Source of the DNA: Escherichia coli
Lineage (GTDB): Bacteria; Pseudomonadota; Gammaproteobacteria; Enterobacterales; Enterobacteriaceae
Length of the DNA stretch: 64,000 bases
Assembly (NCBI RefSeq): GCF_048403405.1
Contig: NZ_CP183129.1
Reading direction: 5' to 3' (one strand)
Shown: in pieces, positions 1 to 9,632 of the stretch
Numbering within the stretch: position 1 is the stretch's first letter
Layout: each line of letters begins with the position of its first letter
The notes under the pieces: generated by a model
Seen by the model: the letters and a program-made list of their open reading frames with translations, nothing else
The model's database searches: none
Told to the model about the DNA's origin: nothing
Program-made: the position numbers and the translations under genes

Positions 1-264
1 GAAGCTATTTATGGCAATTATCAAAATAATGTTTTAGCCAATATTATTTTCGTCGACTTCCAGCAACAAGGTGCAAGAGGACTGACGAACGCGCCTGATG
101 AAGATCCGGACGATTTAAGCACGGGATATTACGGTTCAGCGTACCGGTCACCGGAAAACTGGACGACGGCACTGCGAAGCAGTCATTTCAGCGCGGCAGC
201 CCGTCGGGGGATTATTTCTGACAGGTTTGTAGAAGCAATTTTGCAGTTTTGGCGCGAAAGGTGA
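1..264 (+). CDS. 3' end of an unidentified protein (C-terminal 87 codons; gene starts upstream of window)
   Basis: Open frame 1 runs from window edge to TGA at 262-264; convergent with the HNH gene. No family recognised. Confidence 0.3.
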   Translation, partial: EAIYGNYQNNVLANIIFVDFQQQGARGLTNAPDEDPDDLSTGYYGSAYRSPENWTTALRSSHFSAAARRGIISDRFVEAILQFWRER

Positions 265-271
265 GCGTTCA

Positions 272-922
272 TTAATTTGATTTATTTGCATCCATCAACG
301 CTTTTAACTGCTCCGGCGAAAACGGTGGTTTGCGTCGGTGCAGCATCGCATGGCAATTAGGGCACACAGGAAGCAAATCATTAACTGGATCCAGCTGGTA
401 ATCCTCTTTAATGGCTGAAAGCGGCACCAGGTGATGCATATGGATAAAGCCTTCTGCGATATCACCATAGATCTTCACCAGATCAACGCCGCATACGTTG
501 CACTGGCATCCATGATGTTCGACCGCTTTATCTCGGGCCTTTTTATCGCGTTCATAGCGGTTTACTGTCACCTTTATCGCCGCACCTTCAACGTATGTCT
601 CCTGCGACGGCAACTCATCCGGGAACAGAACGTCGGCTATGGTAGCTGCAGCGGCTTTATCCTGATGAATATGAAATCCCTGCTCTATGAGTAGCTTGAC
701 ACATTTAGATTTTATTCCGCCGGTGAAATCCGCAGGGGTAAATTGCGTCCCCGTCATCAATGTCGCTGCGATGCCAGCAATCGCCTTCGAGGGGTAACGT
801 CGGCCATGATATTCAATCTCATACAACCGTGCAGGCTGGAACTGATGAGTTTCTCCCGCATCCCATAAATGGATAGCTTCGATGATATACCGCCGCGGAA
901 GATGGTCGGGAAGTTTATTCAT
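272..922 (-). CDS. HNH endonuclease family protein with unassigned N-terminal domain
   Basis: 216-aa ORF; C-terminal HNH-type motif (HMHHLVPLS ... CPNCHAMLH) with Cys/His pairs; N-terminal ~120 aa unassigned. Confidence 0.55.
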   Translation of the reverse strand: MNKLPDHLPRRYIIEAIHLWDAGETHQFQPARLYEIEYHGRRYPSKAIAGIAATLMTGTQFTPADFTGGIKSKCVKLLIEQGFHIHQDKAAAATIADVLFPDELPSQETYVEGAAIKVTVNRYERDKKARDKAVEHHGCQCNVCGVDLVKIYGDIAEGFIHMHHLVPLSAIKEDYQLDPVNDLLPVCPNCHAMLHRRKPPFSPEQLKALMDANKSN

Positions 923-1523
923 GGGGAATACCCTTATACGTTCTCAGAACAGGCAGCAAAAAAACAAATGAGATCAAGGTAATATATCTTCACTTGCAGG
1001 CTTGAACAGCAGAAAATTTGCGAGCATGATCGCAATTATTTCACTGCCAGGGATATCAATGGCTTCCAGTAAATCGCTACAGCAGGCAATTGCCAATATA
1101 AAAATCTGGCATAAGGGTGAACAGCGCGCACCGCATAAGCCATTGTTATTGCTATACGTATTAGCGGGATACCTGAATGGACATCCACGCCTTTTCGATT
1201 ATTGTAGTGGAACAGTCTACGAGGATGCAGTTCGAAGTGAGTAAGTAAAGGTTGCTGGAAACGATCAATGCCGCCATACAATGATATTTGAGGATCAACA
1301 ATGAGTAATAAAAACTACGAAAGTCACCGCAAAGCGATTGTTAGTAAAGGTATACCACCCGCTCTATTAAATAGGCTCACCAATTCGGATGTTCAGGTGA
1401 TCAATACCTTCTTAACACGAGTGAGCAAACTGGAACTATCTCAACAAGAGAAAGACTGGATCATAAAAATCATCTCTATGGTTTAGAGAATTTCAGAATT
1501 TCAAGTAAAGACAATGCTGCATA

Positions 1524-2471
1524 TCAAGCATTCAGGATGGCTAGCGCTAAGCTCCTAAACCTGGAGTAAACCTCATCCCATGTGATCTTTCGCTCTCCAT
1601 ACACCATTGGCGAAACAAACTGCTGATAGCGCATCTGGTAGAGAGGATTGTTCGCCAACTCATCCAGTCCCATTTTTAGCTCATCAACTGGAGACGCGCA
1701 AAACTGCGGGTACTGGTTGCCGTAACGCTGAATGTCCTGCTCAATAGTTTGTTGAACAAAATCAACGAGCAGACTCATATCAACATGACTCGTCTCAACA
1801 ATACAGTTTGTATCGTAGATATGACGTACCAGCGATGCATCATCAAATCGCTCAACATCTCGCACAACTGCCGCAGTACGACGTAACATCGCCACCAGCT
1901 TTTCAGCCTGTGTGCTAATGATAGTTGCGCATGGAAACGCTGAAACAATAGCCGCTTTTCCCGTGATCCCTGTTACCAGTGAATGAATATCCCGTAATTC
2001 AGAAGGCTCCAGTAACTTCGCTTCCATCAATTCCAGCCGGATAAAAGGACGCAAACAAGGTGCCTGCACCACTCGCTGTGGATAACGAACAGGTATGTCA
2101 TTATAACGATATTCATCCCGCGTCACTTTTGGGTAATCATCATCAAAATTGAACACACCCGATGAAGCTATTGCACTGGAAACTGCCTGAACAATTTCTT
2201 TACGGGTATTTTTTCGCTGAGTGCGGGAAAGTGCCTGAAATGCATCCTTAGGCACCAGTTTGATATCCACATCTTCCGACATGCGATTAAGTGCGACACC
2301 TGATTTTGCCAGAGCGGTTCCTCCGGCAAACACCAATTGATGAGTATCGAACACCAGAGGTTTAAGCAATTGCAAAAGCTCAACGATATAGTGATCTTTT
2401 TCCACAATTGCGACAGACTCAATACCAAGCGCGTCAGCCACTTCAGAAAAAAGAGTGGTTAAATCATCCAT
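1524..2471 (-). CDS. AbiEii/DUF1814-like nucleotidyltransferase (putative type IV toxin)
   Basis: 315-aa ORF; N-terminal nucleotidyltransferase-like motifs (FAGGTAL ... SEDVDI); 8-nt overlap with upstream small gene. Confidence 0.6.
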   Translation of the reverse strand: MDDLTTLFSEVADALGIESVAIVEKDHYIVELLQLLKPLVFDTHQLVFAGGTALAKSGVALNRMSEDVDIKLVPKDAFQALSRTQRKNTRKEIVQAVSSAIASSGVFNFDDDYPKVTRDEYRYNDIPVRYPQRVVQAPCLRPFIRLELMEAKLLEPSELRDIHSLVTGITGKAAIVSAFPCATIISTQAEKLVAMLRRTAAVVRDVERFDDASLVRHIYDTNCIVETSHVDMSLLVDFVQQTIEQDIQRYGNQYPQFCASPVDELKMGLDELANNPLYQMRYQQFVSPMVYGERKITWDEVYSRFRSLALAILNA

Positions 2472-2859
2472 TTAATCTGCTGTTCCCTACAGATAATACG
2501 CGTTTAAAACGCCGGGGGGTTTTTATCTCGGGTGAAGCTGGGATCTGCGTAGAAGTACCGCTATTGTATGCCTGCGTTGCGCCAGCAAAACGATAGCGTA
2601 CTTTCAGGCGTTCCAGCGTTTCGACAATCACCGCTGAAGAGCCTCCGGGAGCCGCTGGCATTACCTTGCCTGTAATACCGTTCCGCCGTGCTTTGGTATA
2701 CACGCCATAACCAACCTTCAACAGTTGCCCTTCCCTGACAAGCTCGCGCAATACCCGACCAACCTGATCGTAGCCTGCAATATCTTTAAAGTCGTCACGA
2801 GTGAATACGTAACGTTTAGAACGTTTCAGTCGTGACTGAATGCGTGCTTTTATCGTCAT
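2464..2859 (-). CDS. AbiEi-like antitoxin / small DNA-binding partner of the nucleotidyltransferase
   Basis: Basic small protein overlapping the downstream nucleotidyltransferase gene; start chosen at ATG 2859, preceded by AGGAGG; ORF track allows start up to 2928. Confidence 0.45.
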   Translation of the reverse strand: MTIKARIQSRLKRSKRYVFTRDDFKDIAGYDQVGRVLRELVREGQLLKVGYGVYTKARRNGITGKVMPAAPGGSSAVIVETLERLKVRYRFAGATQAYNSGTSTQIPASPEIKTPRRFKRVLSVGNSRLNG

Positions 2860-2928
2860 ATTCGCCTCCTGAGTCATTGCATAAAGAGTAGCAAAAATAC
2901 GACATTTTAGATAGCAAACATACGACAT

Positions 2929-3783
2929 TCATTTTGCTGATAACGCTGACGGAAAGTGCTTCGCCACGATATCATTCATCTTCTCCACCAGATCCAAACG
3001 TTTGAAAGTGATATGCCCACTGCCCTTCTGAAAGTAGCGAATAGTGAACAACTCATCTTCGAAAATCTGCTGATGCGGATTATCGCGCACAAAATCCATA
3101 AACCGGATGGAGATATCATGCCGATTATCGGGGATAGGTTTGCCATCCAGCAAATAGAGCATACGCTCCAGATCGGCAAGCTGATCTCGCCGCCAGCCCC
3201 AGTTCAGGCTGTAGCCCCATCTGTCATGATTCACCAGATTGTTAACGATAATCTTCTTACCGAAATAACAGGGATTATTGGTTTTGTAGTCCCAGCTCAA
3301 TCCCTTAAATACATTGATAACCCCACGTTCGAAAACGTCCTGCTTATTGTGGTGGAGTTGTTCAAAGGTACTCAGGATGTTGGCTTCGCTAATCGCCGGG
3401 AGATCGCCCTCCTCCAGGTTCTTTGCCCACTGACTGCGAGCTTCGGCATCCATCAGAGTCAACATACCGGACTTCAGCATGAGCTCGCGCCAGATGCTGC
3501 GGTCGATATTGCGGGTGATCACCGGCATCGCTTTGTCGGTTGGCTGCATCAGCCAGCAGTCAAAGGCATATCCATTCCGCATTGCCCAGGTTCCAGCCAC
3601 ATCACCGCCAATACTGGATGTCAGGCTGGAGATATCATGAAGTTTTTGGATTAACGTCGCTATCTGGTTCAGTGCACTATCACGACCCGTCACGATACGC
3701 TCAATGCTGGTCGAGCAAATTAGCTCGTTATGATCGGTTAAGACTTCAGCTTCTGTTTGCATAATCTTTTGTCCGTATAGCAA
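2929..3783 (-). CDS. hypothetical island protein (family not recognised)
   Basis: 284-aa ORF co-oriented with neighbouring island genes; the overlapping plus-strand ORF 2956..3654 looks like antisense noise. Confidence 0.4.
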   Translation of the reverse strand: MLYGQKIMQTEAEVLTDHNELICSTSIERIVTGRDSALNQIATLIQKLHDISSLTSSIGGDVAGTWAMRNGYAFDCWLMQPTDKAMPVITRNIDRSIWRELMLKSGMLTLMDAEARSQWAKNLEEGDLPAISEANILSTFEQLHHNKQDVFERGVINVFKGLSWDYKTNNPCYFGKKIIVNNLVNHDRWGYSLNWGWRRDQLADLERMLYLLDGKPIPDNRHDISIRFMDFVRDNPHQQIFEDELFTIRYFQKGSGHITFKRLDLVEKMNDIVAKHFPSALSAK

Positions 3784-3873
3784 ATGCGCCAGCCATGAAC
3801 AGCAGGCGCATTATGCAGGGAGTTATGAGAGAAGTAATTTTGGCGATGTAAATCGGGAAGGAGACTCGCAGAT

Positions 3874-4215
3874 TCACCGTGCCGTGGTGTTATGGCAGCG
3901 GCGCAGCAGACCTGTAGCCTGTCGCGCCCGTAAAATATCGACCGCACGAAGATAAGGCGTCTGTTCCTTCCAGCTAAATCCTTTCCTGTCGATACGGATC
4001 AATTCGTACTTCTCCACCAGAAAATTGACGGCATCGACCAGAGTGATCCCGGCGTCTATGTGTTCCTGAATCACCTTTTCATTGTTGAATGGTGTGTCAT
4101 TAAGATTCAGCCCGTAGTGCTGCTCCAGTAGGCGGGTCAGTAATGTTTGCCAGACCACGACGGGCGACAGGTATGACGTCGTCGCCCGCAGCGTCGTTGC
4201 AGGTATAATTTTCAT
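3874..4215 (-). CDS. CbtA/YkfI/YpjF-family toxin
   Basis: 113-aa ORF strongly resembling CbtA (…[22 protein letters not shown]…[25 protein letters not shown]…[11 protein letters not shown]). Confidence 0.8.
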   Translation of the reverse strand: MKIIPATTLRATTSYLSPVVVWQTLLTRLLEQHYGLNLNDTPFNNEKVIQEHIDAGITLVDAVNFLVEKYELIRIDRKGFSWKEQTPYLRAVDILRARQATGLLRRCHNTTAR

Positions 4216-4245
4216 AACGATGTTCCGTATTAAGGAGGTTAAAAC

Positions 4246-4581
4246 TCAGCGTTGAGCGGGATAAATAGCGATATAGACGTAACCACTGGAACCCAGCGTA
4301 TCGGCTTCGCAGGTTAGTTCTTTGGCGTATAGCGTGACGGTACGTTGTTGGCAGGGGGAGAGTTCACCGTCAGCCAGTTTCAGCTCCAGTTGTTTCATCA
4401 GCACCGGAAAAGCCTGGTCGATATGCAGCAGATCCGGGGAGCTGAATTTCCCGGTGATTGCGGCCCGATCAGCCAGGTAATGCAGGTTATGTCTTTCCTG
4501 TACCAGTCGAGCAGTGAAGCGTGGTGTTACGGTACAGGGAAGCCCCCATTCTTGTTGCATGACCTTGTCCTTTTGCAGCAT
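4246..4581 (-). CDS. CbeA/YfjZ/YafW-family antitoxin
   Basis: 111-aa ORF resembling CbeA (WGLPCTVTPRFTARLVQE…LHYLADRA…DQAFPVLMKQLELKL…TVTLYAKELTC); immediately upstream of the toxin. Exact start uncertain. Confidence 0.8.
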   Translation of the reverse strand: MLQKDKVMQQEWGLPCTVTPRFTARLVQERHNLHYLADRAAITGKFSSPDLLHIDQAFPVLMKQLELKLADGELSPCQQRTVTLYAKELTCEADTLGSSGYVYIAIYPAQR

Positions 4582-5054
4582 TACAACCAGCCCCGTTCGG
4601 CAAAAGAGAGGACATCCCCCGCCCCAATAATGAAATGATCCAGCACCCTCACTTTCACCAAATCCAGTGTCTTAACAATATTCGTTGTAATAAGTCTGTC
4701 GGCCCGACTGGGTTCCGTCACGCCGGAGGGATGGTTATGCGCAAGGATCACTGCTGCGGCATTGTGCCGTAGCGCAGATTTCACAATCTCACGGGGATGT
4801 ACTTCTGTGCTGTTAATCGTGCCGAGAAATAGCGTTTCGTGTTCCAGCAGTCGGTTCTGGTTATCGAGGTAGAGCACAACAAACATTTCCCGCTCCTGTC
4901 GTGCCAGATGCAGTTGCAGCCAGGTTTTTGTGGAGTCAGAGGAAAGAAAAGATTCGCCAGGATTGCGTTGATATTTCTCCAGCAGACGCATCGCACGGCG
5001 GATAACGCGTTGTTCACTCACCGAAAATACCGGTGTTAGCATCAGTTCAGACAT
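4581..5054 (-). CDS. RadC-like JAB/MPN-domain protein (YeeS/YkfG/YfjY family)
   Basis: 157-aa ORF with JAMM-like motif (HNHPSG) and RadC-like context upstream of the CbeA/CbtA pair. Confidence 0.75.
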   Translation of the reverse strand: MSELMLTPVFSVSEQRVIRRAMRLLEKYQRNPGESFLSSDSTKTWLQLHLARQEREMFVVLYLDNQNRLLEHETLFLGTINSTEVHPREIVKSALRHNAAAVILAHNHPSGVTEPSRADRLITTNIVKTLDLVKVRVLDHFIIGAGDVLSFAERGWL

Positions 5055-5083
5055 CGTATTTCCTTTACTATTAATAGCGTTGT

Positions 5084-5902
5084 TTATGAGGCCAGTTGCA
5101 ACATGTTTTCAGCCATCACCCACAGGGCGCGGTTGAGCCTGACATCGCCGTCGATGCCTTTAATGGCGCGGGTGTGCGTGCGACCACCTTTTGCCGTCCG
5201 CCCGTTTAAACCACCTTTGATCAGGTTCTCCTGAATACGCTGGTAGGTCGTCCACAGATCGCCGGATTCATCCTGCCAGCGGCGGGGAGCCAGCAACTGG
5301 GATTCCGTCACCGGCTGGTGCTCTTCGCCAAAGCGGTACGTCAGCGCCGCCTTTGCCAGCGCCTGTTGCGCAGGGGGAGGCAGCATCAGCGACTGCATGG
5401 CATCGCGTTTCTCTTCTACCTGGTCAAAAACACTGAGGACTTCATAAGCGCCTTCAATCACTTTCTCCACCACATTGCCTTTATGCGGTACCCGTACTTC
5501 ACCAAACGACTCGCCGCAGACCAGTCCGTTACAACAAACAGATCGAAACAGCCCTGGCAGCATCTGATAAGAACTGGAACCGTCATGGCTGTTGAGCAGA
5601 ATAATTTCCGGCACCTGGTTGCGATTGATCTTGTCTTCCCGGCGCAGACGCAGCATGTGTTTTGTATGCTCACGTTTACCCACATCACGAACACGGGTCT
5701 GGCAGGCAAAAAAAGGATGAAATCCTTCACGCTGGAGGTTATCGAGCAGGGTAATGGTGGGAATATAGGTATAGCGTTCGCTGCGTGATTCGTGCTTATT
5801 TTCCCCGAATACGCTGGGGACATACTGCATCAATTCGTCATGCGTTAATGGGCGATCGCGACGGATTTGATTTACGCGGCCAAAGCGGCTGGCTAAATTC
5901 AT
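5084..5902 (-). CDS. DUF932-like island protein (YfjQ-like)
   Basis: 272-aa ORF; size and context match the DUF932 genes of CP4-type islands; assignment from memory, not searched. Confidence 0.5.
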   Translation of the reverse strand: MNLASRFGRVNQIRRDRPLTHDELMQYVPSVFGENKHESRSERYTYIPTITLLDNLQREGFHPFFACQTRVRDVGKREHTKHMLRLRREDKINRNQVPEIILLNSHDGSSSYQMLPGLFRSVCCNGLVCGESFGEVRVPHKGNVVEKVIEGAYEVLSVFDQVEEKRDAMQSLMLPPPAQQALAKAALTYRFGEEHQPVTESQLLAPRRWQDESGDLWTTYQRIQENLIKGGLNGRTAKGGRTHTRAIKGIDGDVRLNRALWVMAENMLQLAS

Positions 5903-6089
5903 GGTAAATTCCTTAATAAAGAATATAAAAAACAGGGCCGCAGCTTCTGAAAAATTGCGGCTAATTTAATGCGTGATTAAAACGGACGGTAGTATAGGTG
6001 GGATAAAATAACAGGTACGTGCAGATATTAAATTACATTCCGGCAGTGCATATATGAAAGTGATATAGTGCTGAAATAATACATATCTG

Positions 6090-6121
6090 AATTCTCCCGG
6101 TGATAGTCACCGGGAGAATTT
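6090..6121 (-). terminator. perfect hairpin downstream of the 317-aa gene
   Basis: Inverted repeat tctcccggtga-ta-gtcaccgggaga just past the stop at 6139, followed by a moderately T-rich stretch on the minus strand. Confidence 0.4.
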
Positions 6122-6138
6122 AAGTTTGAAATGACACC

Positions 6139-7092
6139 TCAACCACGGGATAATCTTGTTTCTATTCCCTGAACTCTTTCGTCTATTAACCTTTCAATAA
6201 CAGATATTTTATCTGACTTGTAAAATTCAACCAGAAAATCCAGACGCTCTTTATGCGTATCACTGATAGACTCCCGTTCCCGTTTTTCAGAAAGTTTACG
6301 TCTGAAGTTTTTTTGGTAAAACGCTTTATTTATTTTCTTTACCGCTTTCTGCTGGAGATCATCATCCGCTGACCATAAATCCAGCATGGAATAAACGGCG
6401 TGATAGGTTTCTACACTATTAAGTGGTTCCGGGATCTGAACGGGGTCCAACTGGTTTCCTATATTACTACCGTGCTCTTTCTGGAATTTATTAATGTAAT
6501 TATAAGCCCATATACAGACTTCGTCATTATCCTCATTAAGCCAGCGTAATTTTATTCTCTTATGTTCATTTGCCCTCCAGAATACAAGCCTCTCATATAG
6601 CCACTGTCTCATCAACGGTGCCTGATTAGTCTCAATATTAATATAGTCCAGTAATGCAACGATGATTGAGTATCTTTCGCTATGGCTTGCAGGAGAATCT
6701 GTTATTCCGGCTTTCTGATACCAGTTAATGTTTAAATTTGTGCCCAGCTTTTCGTTAATTGACTCCATACAGCGGTAATCAAGACACATCACGCCCCATA
6801 GCCAGAACGTCGCTCTTTCATTTTCTTTTAACCAACTAAAATATTTCTCCGGCAGAAGCATCGTATTAATCGACAGCTCCAGTGAGCGAATAAAATTACT
6901 TCGCTGAATGGGATCGGGATACCCGGCCTCGAGGGCTGTATTAATAATTCTCTCCGAAAGAGATGTATCTGGATTGTTCCCGTCAAACGCAAATTGATTT
7001 GCTCCCTGAATGTTTTTCCTGATGTACCAGAAAAGAAACCTGCTGGTTCGGATGTCCTTCACTGCTATTGATGAGCGCACATTAACGGCCAT
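6139..7092 (-). CDS. hypothetical protein, AT-rich orphan
   Basis: 317-aa ORF in strongly AT-rich DNA; no family recognised. Confidence 0.4.
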   Translation of the reverse strand: MAVNVRSSIAVKDIRTSRFLFWYIRKNIQGANQFAFDGNNPDTSLSERIINTALEAGYPDPIQRSNFIRSLELSINTMLLPEKYFSWLKENERATFWLWGVMCLDYRCMESINEKLGTNLNINWYQKAGITDSPASHSERYSIIVALLDYINIETNQAPLMRQWLYERLVFWRANEHKRIKLRWLNEDNDEVCIWAYNYINKFQKEHGSNIGNQLDPVQIPEPLNSVETYHAVYSMLDLWSADDDLQQKAVKKINKAFYQKNFRRKLSEKRERESISDTHKERLDFLVEFYKSDKISVIERLIDERVQGIETRLSRG

Positions 7093-7683
7093 TGTTCTAC
7101 CTCGTCATCCTTGTTAAATCAGTCGAAATCAATAGCGTAATTATGACGTGTTTTCGAAGTAAAACCGTAGCAATAAATCAATAAAAGTGGAAAACACGTA
7201 GTAATATCGTATTATTCCATAGTAATAGAGTACCATTAACGTAGTTTTTTATTTATCACCATACTCACAGCTTCCGCCCGTAGAAAACGGCTGGATAGTC
7301 TTCAATTTTTCCACGTATAGCCCTGGTGGCTTTACGGGTGAAACCTCCCAGGATAACGAGTTGACATCTGGAAGATGTCATTCATGACCGCACTCATAGA
7401 TTAAATCAATGTATTAATTATAACTTAAGTGTAAAACTCTTTGTCTTCAAGAACAGATAATTAACTACGAACACCAGTAAATACCGGGCTTCTACTCTTT
7501 TTATCACCCTTTCTTTATGAATCAACATTGCCGGTATTAATATTATGTTTATCACTCATTCATTAGATTCAGCATATAGAGGGATGACACCAGAGACAGG
7601 GAAAAGTAATCCAGATCGGCATAGTTCAGTGAAAAGTTACTACAGCACTTATGGATATGTAACCAACCACAAGGAACTGAAGC

Positions 7684-8298
7684 ATGAAACTGAATGAACG
7701 ATATGGCAAGCCTAATGCACACTATATGAAACGTCTGGAAGAGATTACCCGTTATGCGATGGATGATTACGCCAGAATACTGGCTTTCAGAGTGGATTTA
7801 TTACTGCCAGTGGATAATAGCCATAAAGGGTATGACTCAGCGGTTATTACCCGTTTTATAGCCTCACTGAAAGCGCAGATAGCCGCATATTTACAACGGC
7901 GCAGGAGAGACGGTAAACGTGTTTATCCCTGTAAGCTGCGATATGCATGGGTAAGAGAATTTGGTGAACTGAATGGCAACAAGCATTATCACATGCTGTT
8001 GCTGGTTAATCGGGAAGTATTCAGAAACACCATGCTGAATACGGAGAATTCAGCGCAACCTCGCGGATTGCTGGTGGGAATGGTGGCGCGGGCATGGGCT
8101 GTGGCGCTTAGGCGTACCGGAGATATGGCAAATAAAGTCCCCTTTCATTTACCGGGCGTCTCTTATGAACTTGATCGCAGAAATGGCACAAATACGGACT
8201 TTTTCCGCAGCTACATATATCACATCAGTTATCTGGCGAAGGAGTACACCAAAAACCACGATGACGGTGAACGTAACTTTGGTTGTAGTCAGGGATAA
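7684..8298 (+). CDS. YagK/YfjJ-family (inovirus Gp2-like) protein
   Basis: 204-aa ORF resembling YfjJ/YagK island proteins; sits beside an AlpA-like gene as in CP4-type islands. Confidence 0.55.
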   Translation: MKLNERYGKPNAHYMKRLEEITRYAMDDYARILAFRVDLLLPVDNSHKGYDSAVITRFIASLKAQIAAYLQRRRRDGKRVYPCKLRYAWVREFGELNGNKHYHMLLLVNREVFRNTMLNTENSAQPRGLLVGMVARAWAVALRRTGDMANKVPFHLPGVSYELDRRNGTNTDFFRSYIYHISYLAKEYTKNHDDGERNFGCSQG

Positions 8299-8415
8299 GT
8301 AATTTATTACCGGAGAAGTGATTGTAATGGCGGAGTATGCAACATCATCTTAAATCAACGGGTTAGTGTTGCTGCTCCTGTCTTTTATCAACGTAAAGAC
8401 AGAAGGACAATCGTC

Positions 8416-8634
8416 ATGAGCAATCAACTGAATACCGATACTGACCTGATGAATGACAAACTGGTGACGATGGCATTTATTACCACGTTTACTGGCCTGA
8501 CTGACAAATGGTTTTATAAACTGATTAGTGAAGGCAAGTTTCCAAAGCCTATCAAACTGGGGCGTAGTTCCCGCTGGCGGGAAAGTGAAGTTAAACGCTG
8601 GCTGACGGAACGTATTGAAGAATCCCGCTATTAA
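8416..8634 (+). CDS. AlpA-family phage/island transcriptional regulator
   Basis: Small HTH protein (…FITTFTGLTDKWFYKLISEGKFPKPIKLGRSSRWRESEVKRWL…); true start may be the internal Met at ~8449. Confidence 0.65.
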   Translation: MSNQLNTDTDLMNDKLVTMAFITTFTGLTDKWFYKLISEGKFPKPIKLGRSSRWRESEVKRWLTERIEESRY

Positions 8635-8835
8635 TCCCCTGACACTATCTCTACACGCTTTACCCGTAACGCTATATCAGTGAGCGCCTGACAGGACCGT
8701 TGCGGTGCATCTATCGACGCGTAACTTCATTATACCCGGATGAAATACATTTCGTTTAACGTTGTCGAAAAATAATTAACCGGGGAATAGCCTCCTTATT
8801 TAGCAGGAATTCCCCGGATGCTGCTACAGGTAAAA

Positions 8836-9621
8836 TTAGGAATTAAATGTCCAGCTCCCCGTATCGGTCACAATATCAGCTTCAATGATACGGTCACACT
8901 TCATATATTTGAACGTAGCCACATCACCGAATTTATATTTGGCTGGCAGGGTTCTGTTACCGACGCTCTCCATTTTACAGTTCCCTCTGTTTACCCGAAT
9001 GGATTTCAGCACCACGTTGTCATCAGTGATAGTGAGCTGAATAACACCATATTTGGTATTCCAGCCTTCATTGCTGACGGAGCTGCCGAACTGAACTTTA
9101 AACGGTGGTGTCGTAGATTGCTGTGCCTGCTGTTGCTGAGAGGGATCAGGTTTATTAGCCTGCTGGCTACCAACGCCATTAATGCCATTCTGAAGGAGGC
9201 TTCTGGAAACCTTAATGGTACCCGGCTTGCATGATACTGTGCTGGTTTCCTGCCCCATTGCATTCATGACAGTGTAATAAGCATCACCTGTACCATCATA
9301 TTCTGAGTAATTGACTGCAACCGCGCCTTCGATATCTTCATTTTCTCCACGTAATGTGAAAGAAGCGGTTCCTGCTCCCGGATTAGCCGCCAGAATCTGT
9401 TTCGCTTCGCCGGAAGGAATATCCAGTTTAATAACAGAGCCGCTCTCTTCGGAGTCACCGCCAGGATTTTCAAAACTGATATAAACGGTATTGCTGACGT
9501 GGCTGAGTGTCATTTGCTCGCCGTTATCAAGCATACATTGCAGGTCATAGGCCCCGACTGCATAAGCAGGGTGGAATGCAAATAAAGATACAAACAATGC
9601 AGGTATAATGATTAGTTTCAT
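8836..9621 (-). CDS. secreted protein of unknown function
   Basis: 261-aa ORF with an N-terminal signal-peptide-like segment (MKLIIIPALFVSLFAFHPAYA) and a Gln-rich linker. Confidence 0.5.
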   Translation of the reverse strand: MKLIIIPALFVSLFAFHPAYAVGAYDLQCMLDNGEQMTLSHVSNTVYISFENPGGDSEESGSVIKLDIPSGEAKQILAANPGAGTASFTLRGENEDIEGAVAVNYSEYDGTGDAYYTVMNAMGQETSTVSCKPGTIKVSRSLLQNGINGVGSQQANKPDPSQQQQAQQSTTPPFKVQFGSSVSNEGWNTKYGVIQLTITDDNVVLKSIRVNRGNCKMESVGNRTLPAKYKFGDVATFKYMKCDRIIEADIVTDTGSWTFNS

Positions 9622-9632
9622 TAAGCACTTCC

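Noticed and set aside
1002-1486. Overlapping small ORFs (80, 81 and 61 aa) between the HNH gene and the nucleotidyltransferase gene
   Set aside because: Strand is ambiguous, ORFs are short and lack a ribosome-binding site or motifs; possibly remnants of a decayed gene, not called as features.
2956-3654. 232-aa plus-strand ORF opposite the 284-aa island gene
   Set aside because: The minus-strand ORF is longer, co-oriented with all neighbours and abuts the upstream gene; the plus-strand translation looks like antisense noise. The strand choice remains the less certain call.
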